A DNA stretch of 55,990 nucleotides from Flavobacteriales bacterium (GTDB taxonomy: Bacteria > Bacteroidota > Bacteroidia > Flavobacteriales_D > JAHECK01): NCBI GenBank assembly GCA_024641785.1, contig JAHECK010000004.1, positions 1 to 55,990 on the forward strand. The letters run 5' to 3'. Positions 48,047-55,990 of the stretch are shown in pieces. The position numbers and the translations under genes were made by a program. Every line of letters starts with the position of its first letter. The stretch's first letter is position 1. The notes beneath the pieces are model-generated. The model did no database searches. It was given only the letters and a program-made list of their open reading frames with translations, and was not told the DNA's origin.

Positions 48047-49780
48047 TTACTTAGAGATCACAACATTAAAGTTACTTACGTTACCATTTGCATAACGAAG
48101 ACCAAAAGTATAAATCCCTCTATCAAGATTTGAAACATCATATTTTACAACTTCTCCAGGAGTAACAGTAATTGATAAAGTCTCAACTAATTTTCCGCTA
48201 ACATCAAATACTTGAATGGAAGTCAAACCAGTTACATCTCTTAATGGAATTTGAATAAAATCTCTTGCTGGATTAGGATAAGGAGTAATATCGCTAGCAA
48301 CATTCACTTCATTTATTCCTACAGCATTAACATCTACCATTTTTACAGCAAGCCCTGGCACCATATCAGTACCAAATCCATTTACATACCAAGTTTGCCC
48401 ATCATAATTTGGATACATTGCTTGTAAATAAACATCCTGAGTTGCGCCATAATCCACTTTAGAAATATCATATCCAAATCTCACAACATCACTATCAAAA
48501 GCTACACAGAAAAAATAACGAACATCATCTTCTAATTCGATTTCATCTTCGAATGGAAGATAAATATTTTCTGCTGATAAGTCATCTCCAACATATTCAT
48601 AAACTGCTGATGACAATAGATCTAGATCAACATCACTAATTTCGACAAATGCAGGATCATTCAAATCTTCAAATTGAAGTGTCCATTCGTAAGCATAGAT
48701 TGAAATTACCTCACCATCTAAACCTTCTCCAAATGTAGACATAGCGAATGTCATCCCAAGTGGTGTTACTCTACTTCCATTTGCATCCTGAAATACTACA
48801 CAACTTTGATTTTCTCCAAACGATTCTCCTGCTGAAGTAAATTGTGCATTTACTGGACCGGTAGCTACATCAGGAACTTGAGCATAAGAAAATGTATTCT
48901 CACTCATCCTGAAATCAGCTAAAAATAGATTATCTGCAGGAAAATCTTCCGTGGCTGCACTTTCTGTTGTATAAGACATTTCATACATCCCTAATGGATA
49001 GTTTGCTTGACTAAAAGTTGGTAAAGCAAAATACGCACTGTCACCTGATAAAATATCCATTGGATCAGAAACCTCATTATATAAATTATCAACACCCAAA
49101 TTAATATTCGCAGTTAAAGTAACGCCTGTTTGATCATTCGATCCGAAATTAGTCACCCATGCTCCAACTTGAACATCAAATTCTGAATCATCTTGAGATA
49201 ATAATTGAATATTAGATGCGAATTGGGCACGTACAACATCATTGTTTTTTAAACCCAAATCATTTTCATAATACCCAACCTTATTACCGATAAAAACAAA
49301 GGTTCCACCAGCTTCAATTTCCGGTCTTAAATTATTACCTGCAATTCGAGTAATCATTACTACAGGGATCGTTACATCGACTCCAACAGCTCCTCCACCC
49401 ATTGCAACAGGGACTTCTCCTTCATAAGTAATAATAACAACAGCAACTGCACCTGCTTCTTGACAAGCTAAAGCCTTTGCTCCAAATTCGCATGCCCCTC
49501 TAAAAAGTACGGCTACTTTTCCATCAACATCACTAATTACAGGAGGCTCACAAATCAATGAATCAGCAGTTGCAGATCCGTCATAAGCCATCGCCATTTC
49601 GGCAAGAACAGCATTTGCTGGATCTGTTAAATCTGGAACACCCCAATCAACTCCAACATCAGCATAACTTAAAGTGTAGTTTCCTTCTAGTGGCGAAGGC
49701 GCCTGAACATAAAATACAACCTGCGCTTGCACAAATGTGTAGCTTAAGGCAAAAAATAACAATAGTAAATTTCTTTTCAT
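48047..49780 (-). CDS. T9SS type A cargo with N-terminal PA domain, paralog B
   Basis: Same architecture as paralog A. PA motif GKVAVLFRGACEFGAKALACQEAGAVAVVII and CTD-A PYPNPARD...VFDVSGKLV. Confidence 0.88.
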   Translation of the reverse strand: MKRNLLLLFFALSYTFVQAQVVFYVQAPSPLEGNYTLSYADVGVDWGVPDLTDPANAVLAEMAMAYDGSATADSLICEPPVISDVDGKVAVLFRGACEFGAKALACQEAGAVAVVIITYEGEVPVAMGGGAVGVDVTIPVVMITRIAGNNLRPEIEAGGTFVFIGNKVGYYENDLGLKNNDVVRAQFASNIQLLSQDDSEFDVQVGAWVTNFGSNDQTGVTLTANINLGVDNLYNEVSDPMDILSGDSAYFALPTFSQANYPLGMYEMSYTTESAATEDFPADNLFLADFRMSENTFSYAQVPDVATGPVNAQFTSAGESFGENQSCVVFQDANGSRVTPLGMTFAMSTFGEGLDGEVISIYAYEWTLQFEDLNDPAFVEISDVDLDLLSSAVYEYVGDDLSAENIYLPFEDEIELEDDVRYFFCVAFDSDVVRFGYDISKVDYGATQDVYLQAMYPNYDGQTWYVNGFGTDMVPGLAVKMVDVNAVGINEVNVASDITPYPNPARDFIQIPLRDVTGLTSIQVFDVSGKLVETLSITVTPGEVVKYDVSNLDRGIYTFGLRYANGNVSNFNVVISK

Positions 49781-49915
49781 AGTATAAAATTTTAGTTTAA
49801 ATATTAGTGTAATGTATAAATATAATGAAATGAATCCCTATCCCATAATATTATACTAACATTTTTTAAAATTATAAGAGGCAAAAGCAAAGGTAGTTCT
49901 GACCAACTAGTGAAG

Positions 49916-50578
49916 CTATATATCAATAGAATATGAAATTCCTAGAATAAAATTCTGAGCAGGAGCAACTGCATTTAATTGTTGCTGATAACGATAATAA
50001 GCGCTAATACTTTGCTTCTTAGAAATGGAATAATCTAAGCCTGCATCTATTCGCTGCTGTGAAAATCTACGGTCCTGATAATTAGTTCTATAATACAATT
50101 CATAAGCTAAATATGGATCTAGAGGAAATTTACGAGTTCGGTATTTCACCTTGATCTTATTTCTAAAATTTGCAGGCAGCTCTTTGATCTCCCCATTAAA
50201 ATTATAATCATAACGTATTCGATATTGAAAACGAAAGCGGTCTGCTTCAAACTCAAATTTTGCATAAGCAAATAATCGATTTACTAATGCTTGATCATAC
50301 CAACCACTTAATCGGTAGCCCCCTGAAAAAACCAAAAATTTTAAAGGGTCGGTCTGCGCTTGAACTTCAATATAATTTTCATTAATATCAGCCAAATTGT
50401 TCTCCCTTCGATAGGCAGCTTCAAACAAAAGGTCAAACTTCTTATTTACCTTATATTTAAATCCTGCATCAAGCCACAATTGAAAGTCTTTTTGCCCTAT
50501 CGGACTTGATCCCATTTCTTGCGCAAAGAAAGATGACGAAAATAGAATTAAGATAAAAAGAAGTAGGTATTTTTTCAT
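49916..50578 (-). CDS. DUF2490-like outer-membrane beta-barrel protein (start taken at MKKYLL)
   Basis: Signal peptide, DFQLW, FQYRIRY, FRNKIKVKY, PYLAYELYY, QRIDAGLDY and terminal strand ILGISYSIDI. Confidence 0.75.
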   Translation of the reverse strand: MKKYLLLFILILFSSSFFAQEMGSSPIGQKDFQLWLDAGFKYKVNKKFDLLFEAAYRRENNLADINENYIEVQAQTDPLKFLVFSGGYRLSGWYDQALVNRLFAYAKFEFEADRFRFQYRIRYDYNFNGEIKELPANFRNKIKVKYRTRKFPLDPYLAYELYYRTNYQDRRFSQQRIDAGLDYSISKKQSISAYYRYQQQLNAVAPAQNFILGISYSIDI

Positions 50579-50589
50579 TTTTCTAGTGC

Positions 50590-50991
50590 TTACCAATTCT
50601 CAATTACAAGATCTTCGAGAACTGCACTGTCCCCATTTTTTGAAATATTTACTTCCATTATCACCGTCTTAACACCTGAATCACATGGATCGATCGGACT
50701 GCATTCGGTATAGGTATAAACAGTATATTTTCCTGCATATAAATATGAGAATTTATACTTACCATCCGGATCTGTTTTTACTTCATCTCCATAAAAATCC
50801 TCATCTCCAAATACAATATAAACACGCTGTTCGGGCTTATAATATTCGCTCTGAAACTGACCGGAGTTATTATAATCTTTTTCTAATACATAGCCATAAA
50901 TAGTGCTTTTCCCACCATATCCTTCTTGCTTGGTACATGCACTTAGAATTACAAACAACATTAATAAAATGCTGAATTTTTTGATGATCAT
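50590..50991 (-). CDS. small lipoprotein with transthyretin/carboxypeptidase-regulatory-like beta-sandwich (start 50991 or 51006)
   Basis: Lipobox LSAC, EGYGGKSTIYG and TDPDGKYKFSYLYAGKYTVY. Confidence 0.7.
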   Translation of the reverse strand: MIIKKFSILLMLFVILSACTKQEGYGGKSTIYGYVLEKDYNNSGQFQSEYYKPEQRVYIVFGDEDFYGDEVKTDPDGKYKFSYLYAGKYTVYTYTECSPIDPCDSGVKTVIMEVNISKNGDSAVLEDLVIENW

Positions 50992-50992
50992 T

Positions 50993-52774
50993 TTATTCCT
51001 CTCCATTATTTTCTTCATAAATTTTACTTACTAGTGTAGCGTATTTTTCTAAGATCGCTTTTCTTTTTAATTTTAAAGTTGGAGTTAATTCTCCTCCGCC
51101 TATTGTAAAGGGGGCACTTACAAATTCATACTTTTTTATTTGTTCCCATTGTCCGAATCCTTCATTATAATGAGCGATTATCTTTTCCATTTTTTTTATA
51201 AGAAGTTCATCCATTAATACCTCTTTATCTCCCGGATACGGCTTTTGTTTATGGGAATAGTATTCTTTTATATGTGAGAAATCAGGAACGATTAATGCAG
51301 CTGGATGCTTTCTATTCTCTCCTATGACCATGATCTGCTCTATAAATGTAGATGCCTTAAAGGTGTTTTCCATCAATTGCGGTGCTACATATTTACCCCC
51401 TGAGGTTTTGAACATTTCCTTCTTCCTATCGGTGATCTTTAAAAAGCCTTCAGAATCAATTTCTCCTATATCTCCGGTATGAAACCATCCGTCATCCGAA
51501 AGCACTTCCTTGGTTTTCTCTTCATTTTTAAAATAGCCCATCATCACATTCGGACCTTTACATAATACTTCTCCGTCCTCAGCTATTTTTATTTGCACTT
51601 TATCAATGGCCTTTCCAACGGTTCCAATTTTAAAATACCGATCCGCCATCATATTAACAGTAATCACAGGCGAGGTTTCAGTAAGCCCATAACCTTCCAT
51701 TACCGGCACTTGCGCTGCGTTATATATTCTCGCAAGTCGTGGTTGCAATGCCGCACTTCCGGAAGCAACTACTTTTACATTTCCTCCTAAAGCTTCTCTC
51801 CATTTACTAAAAATGAGTTTATTGGCGATCTTTAATTTAAATTCATACCATGCTCCATTCGCCTGATAAGGTTCATATTTTTTCGCCAGTTCTAGTGCCC
51901 AGAAAAACAATCCTCTTTTAATGCCTTTTAACTCGCTTCCTTTTAAAACGATCTTATCATAGATCTTTTCGAGTAAACGAGGAACTGCTGAAAATCCATT
52001 AGGCTTAACCTCTTTTAAATTATCACTGATAGTATCAATAGACTCAGCATAATAAATTGAGACCCCAACATATACGTACAGATACGTTAAAATTCGCTCG
52101 TAAACATGGCATAATGGGAGAAAACTTAAAGCCTTATTACCCGCATCTAGGGGTAATCTCTTTTGACTTGCGAGTACATTACTCACTAAATTATTATGAG
52201 AAAGCATCACTCCTTTTGGAACTCCTGTGGTCCCTGAAGTATAGATCAGCGTAGCTAAATCCTCATTTTTCACATCATTCTTAATCATTTCGACCTTCTC
52301 TTGATACTCTACGTCTCCTAATTCCATCAGGTCCGTCCATCTTCTCACCCCTTCTATTTGATCAAAAGAAAAAATCTCCTGAAGCGATTCAACCTTATCG
52401 AAGATGGCATTTACTTTATCATAAATCTCTTTATCTGATACAAAACAAAATTTTATCTCTGCATTATTAAAGATATACTCATACTCTGAAGAGGAGATGG
52501 TTGGATAGATCGGAACATTTACCGCTCCGATTTGAAGAACCCCCAGATCTACGATATTCCATTCCGGACGATTATTGGAAACTAATCCTATTTTGTCACC
52601 CGGTTGAACACCTAAAGATAAAAGTGCTCTACTCAATTTATTACCCAAACTGATATATTCTTCTGTCGAATACTTTATCCATTCGCCTTTTACTTTTCCA
52701 GCTAAAGAAACATCAAGAGGATAATGTTCTTTTTGATAATGAATAAAATCAAATAATCGTGAAATCTTTTCCAT
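50993..52774 (-). CDS. long-chain fatty-acid-CoA ligase (AMP-dependent synthetase, FadD15-like)
   Basis: IYTSGTTGVPKGVMLSH, FLPLCHVYER, VPRLLEK, EGYGLTETSP, GWFHTGDIG, ITDRKK and LTPTLKLKR. Confidence 0.95.
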   Translation of the reverse strand: MEKISRLFDFIHYQKEHYPLDVSLAGKVKGEWIKYSTEEYISLGNKLSRALLSLGVQPGDKIGLVSNNRPEWNIVDLGVLQIGAVNVPIYPTISSSEYEYIFNNAEIKFCFVSDKEIYDKVNAIFDKVESLQEIFSFDQIEGVRRWTDLMELGDVEYQEKVEMIKNDVKNEDLATLIYTSGTTGVPKGVMLSHNNLVSNVLASQKRLPLDAGNKALSFLPLCHVYERILTYLYVYVGVSIYYAESIDTISDNLKEVKPNGFSAVPRLLEKIYDKIVLKGSELKGIKRGLFFWALELAKKYEPYQANGAWYEFKLKIANKLIFSKWREALGGNVKVVASGSAALQPRLARIYNAAQVPVMEGYGLTETSPVITVNMMADRYFKIGTVGKAIDKVQIKIAEDGEVLCKGPNVMMGYFKNEEKTKEVLSDDGWFHTGDIGEIDSEGFLKITDRKKEMFKTSGGKYVAPQLMENTFKASTFIEQIMVIGENRKHPAALIVPDFSHIKEYYSHKQKPYPGDKEVLMDELLIKKMEKIIAHYNEGFGQWEQIKKYEFVSAPFTIGGGELTPTLKLKRKAILEKYATLVSKIYEENNGEE

Positions 52775-52838
52775 GGAATAAAAATGTGTTTTAATGCATT
52801 AAATATAAGTTTTTAGCGCAAATCAAAATCTAAAAAAG

Positions 52839-52951
52839 CACAAAACTCAAAATACAAAATCCTAAAAGCTCAAAATACAAAACTCAAAATAAGCATAAAT
52901 TTTAGTATTTGAACATTTGAATTTATCCTCCTTCGTTGCATTATGGCGGAC
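52839..52951. repeat. heptamer tandem array with complementary arm and a REP-like hairpin
   Basis: cacaaaa-ctcaaaa-tacaaaa-tcctaaaag-ctcaaaa-tacaaaa-ctcaaaa (52839-52889), then a TTTG-rich arm (52900-52924), then CCTCC...GGCGG imperfect palindrome (52927-52951). Confidence 0.7.
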
Positions 52952-52969
52952 TGGATTAGAGATTCAGAT

Positions 52970-54619
52970 CTATTTCCTTTTATAAACTACTTCTCCGTTA
53001 ACATAGGTCGCCATTACTTTAATTTCAGGAATATGAATTTCGTCAACGCTCATTATATCCTGTTCTAAGATTACGAAATCGGCAAATTTTCCAAGTTCTA
53101 AACTCCCTTTTTCCATCTCTTCAAAGTTCGATAAGGCTGCCCAAATGGTCATTCCCATCAGGGCTTCTTTTCTGCTTAACTTTTGTTCCGGTAAAAAGGA
53201 TCCTTCAGGATAGCCTTTCAGATCTTTTCGAGCAACCGCAGCATAAAAGGTTTTTAATGGGTCGATATCTTCCACCGGAAAATCGGTTCCAAGCGCAACC
53301 AGACCATTTGCTTTTAATAGCGATTGATACGGGTAAGCCTCGTTCATACGCTCCATGCCTAAGCGTTCTTCAGCCCAATACATATCCGATGTAGCATGGG
53401 TTGGTTGTATGGAGGGGATGATGGAAAAATCTTTAAATTTCTGAATATCAATTTCTGTAACGATCTGGGCGTGTTCAATTCTCCATCTTAGATCATTTGT
53501 ACCACCCAATACTTTTGCATACACATCTGTAAGATAACGATTGGCCGAATCGCCGATACAATGTGTATTAAGTTGGAATCCATTCTTATAGCAGGATGCC
53601 GCAAGACTATCATAATGATCAAAACTTGCTAAAAGGAAACCCCATTCTTCAGGTTTATCTGAATAAGGTTCTAACAATGAAGCGCCTCTGGAACCAAGCG
53701 CTCCATCTGCATAAACTTTTACCGATCTCACATTTAGACGATCTGTTTTAACAGGTCCATTCGAAAAATAATAATCGAGATTATCCGGATGATCAGCGAT
53801 CATAGCGTACACTCTCATTTTCAAACTCCCTTCCTTTTGCATCGCATCAATAAGTTCAATTTGAGATCGATCAAGTCCCGCATCATCAACGGTAGTTATT
53901 CCAACTTCAAAGCAATTTTTTTGAGCCTTTAGCAAACCATTTTTTATATCATCGTCATTCATATAGGGAGCTAAAATTTCTTCAATTAAGTCCATCGCAT
54001 TATCTATTAAGATCCCGGTTAATTTACCATTCTTAAGCTCAACGATTCCTCCCTCCACAATTTGACCTACTTCAATATTTGCCATTTTTAAAGCAAAATC
54101 ATTTACGATAACTGCATGCCCATCAATCCTTCTTAAGATCACAGGTCGATCAGGAAATAATTCATTTAATCGTGTATTATCAGGAAACTCCTCTACTTCC
54201 CAGTCATTTTGATCCCATCCTATACCATATAATAGCGCTTCATTAGTGCCCAAAGAAAAAATTTGCATTCTTTCAAGAACATCATTCCATGATGTTGTCC
54301 CTACCAGATCAGCACTGGTTAATCCAAGCCCATAATAAAGAAAATGACAATGCGCATCGATAAAACCAGGATATACAAATTGCTTCTTAGCATCGATTAC
54401 ATTTTCTGATCTATACTTATTCATTATTGCCCTTTCGGCTCCTAATTCCACTACTTTTCCATCTTTTATGGCAAAAGCCTCAGCAATACTAAATTCTTCG
54501 TCGACCGTATACACTTTCGCATTATGCACAATCATGTCTACTTCTATATTTTTATAGTTACAGGATACCAGACTTAAAATCACTAACAGGGAAAAGGTCG
54601 CTCGAAACATCTTGATCAT
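52970..54619 (-). CDS. YtcJ-like metal-dependent amidohydrolase lipoprotein
   Basis: Lipobox LVSC, PGFIDAHCH, RIDGHA, KVYADGALGSRGA, THCIGD, RIEHAQ, QPTHATSD, GTDFPVE and KGSLELGKFADF. Confidence 0.93.
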   Translation of the reverse strand: MIKMFRATFSLLVILSLVSCNYKNIEVDMIVHNAKVYTVDEEFSIAEAFAIKDGKVVELGAERAIMNKYRSENVIDAKKQFVYPGFIDAHCHFLYYGLGLTSADLVGTTSWNDVLERMQIFSLGTNEALLYGIGWDQNDWEVEEFPDNTRLNELFPDRPVILRRIDGHAVIVNDFALKMANIEVGQIVEGGIVELKNGKLTGILIDNAMDLIEEILAPYMNDDDIKNGLLKAQKNCFEVGITTVDDAGLDRSQIELIDAMQKEGSLKMRVYAMIADHPDNLDYYFSNGPVKTDRLNVRSVKVYADGALGSRGASLLEPYSDKPEEWGFLLASFDHYDSLAASCYKNGFQLNTHCIGDSANRYLTDVYAKVLGGTNDLRWRIEHAQIVTEIDIQKFKDFSIIPSIQPTHATSDMYWAEERLGMERMNEAYPYQSLLKANGLVALGTDFPVEDIDPLKTFYAAVARKDLKGYPEGSFLPEQKLSRKEALMGMTIWAALSNFEEMEKGSLELGKFADFVILEQDIMSVDEIHIPEIKVMATYVNGEVVYKRK

Positions 54620-54719
54620 TTTAATTTTTTAAGGTTACAGCGAAAATGCGAATTTTTGGGGGTTTTTTCTTCATTATTTTTAATGTTAAAAATGTCACTT
54701 CCAAATAAGGATGCTTGCT

Positions 54720-54727
54720 TACATTTG
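54720..54727 (+). promoter_or_regulatory. -7 promoter element of the SCO gene
   Basis: TACATTTG, 13 nt upstream of ATG 54741. Confidence 0.65.
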
Positions 54728-54740
54728 CTAAAAAAAATTA

Positions 54741-55403
54741 ATGCCAGAAAAGAAAAAATTTCCCACTACTGTTCTTACGTTTTCTATCATATTCATAATA
54801 GGGGTTTTTATCGCTTATTTCATTCAAAAGAAAGATCGATTACCAATCTATAATCCCGCAGATATCAATCCGAGTTTGGTTGATGAATCCATTCGGAATG
54901 TGGATCATGATCATCGAATTCAATCATTTTCATTGATAAATCAACTCGGAGATACGATCACTGAAAGTACTTTTGAAGGAAAGATCTATGTCGCGGATTT
55001 TTTCTTTACTACCTGTATGAACATTTGTCCGAAGATGTCGAAACAAATGGATCGTGCTGCCGAAGAATTTAAAGCTGATGAAGAAGTGATGTTTATTTCT
55101 CATTCTGTTACACCTGTTTCAGATTCAGTTCCGGTTCTGGCAGCCTATGCCGAATTATATGGAGCAGATCCAACTAAATGGATGCTTGTAACAGGAGATA
55201 AAAAAGAAATTTATGGTCTGGCCCGAAAATTTTACTTTGCGGTAACGAGTAATGGCAAAGGAGACAGCACTGACTTTATCCATACCGAAAATTTTGTGTT
55301 GATCGATAAGGAAAAAAGGATCAGAGGTTTTTATGACGGAACTTCAAGCAAGGAAGTAGATCAACTTATTGATGATATTCGAATTCTTCAAAAGGAGTAT
55401 TAG
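54741..55403 (+). CDS. SCO1/SenC copper chaperone
   Basis: N-terminal TM anchor, FFFTTCMNICP (CxxxC), conserved His in FIHTENFVLID and RIRGFYDG. Confidence 0.95.
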   Translation: MPEKKKFPTTVLTFSIIFIIGVFIAYFIQKKDRLPIYNPADINPSLVDESIRNVDHDHRIQSFSLINQLGDTITESTFEGKIYVADFFFTTCMNICPKMSKQMDRAAEEFKADEEVMFISHSVTPVSDSVPVLAAYAELYGADPTKWMLVTGDKKEIYGLARKFYFAVTSNGKGDSTDFIHTENFVLIDKEKRIRGFYDGTSSKEVDQLIDDIRILQKEY

Positions 55404-55434
55404 TTTAAAAAGAAAGTCAGAAGATCAATAACAG

Positions 55435-55500
55435 GTACCGCAAATAGCGCTAAGTACCGCAAATATTTTTAGCGCTTTTTCCGCGCTTTCTGCGCCTTTG
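55435..55500. repeat. direct-plus-inverted repeat between convergent genes (REP-like or bidirectional terminator)
   Basis: GTACCGCAAATA occurs at 55435-55446 and 55454-55465. AGCGCTAA (55446-55453) and TTAGCGCT (55469-55476) are inverted. A GCGC-pyrimidine unit recurs about every 9-11 nt downstream. Confidence 0.6.
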
Positions 55501-55503
55501 TTT

Positions 55504-55989
55504 TTAAAAATGAGCCACAATGCTTGCTTTTACATTCATTCCGGGTCCGGTGATCCCACTCGAATAAGATCGGTATCTTTCATTTAAAATATTTTCAAGT
55601 CCTAAGTCTAAACGCACCGAACTAGAAATAAACCAAGACCCTTGAAGATTTAGTACATACCAATTTGGAGAATAAGGATTCCCATTTTCATCTTTTGCAT
55701 AGAGGTATGCTTTCTCTCTTTCCGAAGGTGCCAACATATTATAATTGATACTTCCATTATAAACACCATTTAAGTCAACTCTAAATAATTTACTTTGATA
55801 TACCAGATGAAGCGCAGTCATTAATGGAGTTACATGGCGCAATTGGTCACCATTACCATCTTCTCCTCTTGTGTATACCAAATTCCCGATCACATTAAAG
55901 TTGTTTCCCAGAGCCCAATTAATTGATGACTCAATCCCATATACCCAACCATTTCCGAGGTTTTGAATCGCCTCTACCTTGCTTAGTTC
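55504..55989 (-). CDS. TonB-dependent receptor, C-terminal fragment (5'-truncated by the window edge)
   Basis: Frame is open to the window end (ELSKVEAIQNLGNGWVYGIE...). TBDR C-terminus WYVLNL...LGLENILNERY...GPGMNVKASIVAHF with terminal Phe. Confidence 0.88.
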   Translation of the reverse strand, partial: ELSKVEAIQNLGNGWVYGIESSINWALGNNFNVIGNLVYTRGEDGNGDQLRHVTPLMTALHLVYQSKLFRVDLNGVYNGSINYNMLAPSEREKAYLYAKDENGNPYSPNWYVLNLQGSWFISSSVRLDLGLENILNERYRSYSSGITGPGMNVKASIVAHF

Positions 55990-55990
55990 T

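Larger units (their letters stand above)
46174..49801 (-). repeat. tandem gene duplication, period about 1.87 kb
   Basis: 46174-46263 vs 48044-48133 match at 85/90 nt. 47645-47685 vs 49512-49552 match at 41/41. 47873-47937 vs 49737-49801 match at 64/65, including 21 nt of 5' UTR. Confidence 0.95.

Noticed and set aside
46174-49801. Diversity-generating retroelement (template/variable repeat pair) or invertible shufflon
   Set aside because: Both copies are full genes in direct orientation, mismatches in the conserved blocks are few and largely synonymous rather than a diversified variable region, and no reverse transcriptase or recombinase is present in the window.
52839-52889. Possible CRISPR array in the short repeats here or at 55435-55465
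   Set aside because: Units are 7-12 nt with no unique 25-45 nt spacers, and there are no cas genes in the window.
1065-54853. The other short (61-107 aa) alternative-frame and antisense ORFs in the track, e.g. 1065-1349, 7619-7900, 19312-19635, 31514-31825, 46434-46697 and 54656-54853
   Set aside because: All overlap well-supported longer genes, lack motifs or independent promoters, and are expected by chance.
1-55990. Prophage, IS element, integron, tRNA or rRNA
   Set aside because: No integrase, transposase, phage structural gene, terminal inverted repeats with target duplication, cloverleaf or rRNA-like sequence was recognised.

Overview
AT-rich (roughly one-third GC, estimated by eye) chromosomal segment of a Bacteroidota bacterium, probably Flavobacteriales-like. 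The assignment rests on TAnnTTTG -7 promoter elements, type IX secretion (T9SS) C-terminal domains, SprB repeats and a Bacteroidota-type small SRP RNA. In order the window holds: the end of a starch/maltose cluster (GH65 maltose phosphorylase, two GH13 lipoproteins), mgsA, a tandem-Usp/TPR protein, an SLC13 permease, an asnB-GT4-WcaF-GT2 glycan cassette, a FadL/PorV-like barrel paired with an HhH-barrel protein, aroB-aroA, proline dehydrogenase, an orphan OmpR regulator, nhaA, the SRP RNA (ffs), scattered envelope and glycosylation genes, lpdA, GT2-ECF sigma-rsmG, and mnmA. Next comes an unnamed 357-aa protein carrying a full set of PI3K/HipA-type kinase motifs, then a 12-kb array of four T9SS cargo genes (a 2168-aa SprB-repeat adhesin, an Asp-box protein, and two tandem PA-domain paralogs with near-identical ends). 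The window closes with a DUF2490 barrel, a lipoprotein, an acyl-CoA synthetase, a YtcJ-like amidohydrolase, SCO and a truncated TonB-dependent receptor. I saw no tRNA, rRNA, CRISPR array, transposase, integrase or prophage. Most of the window is ordinary housekeeping. The best candidates for undescribed biology are the atypical kinase, the HhH-barrel pair (possible DNA-uptake channel), the PA-domain T9SS paralog pair and a strong GATC/ATCGAT enrichment. All family calls come from motif recognition, not database searches.
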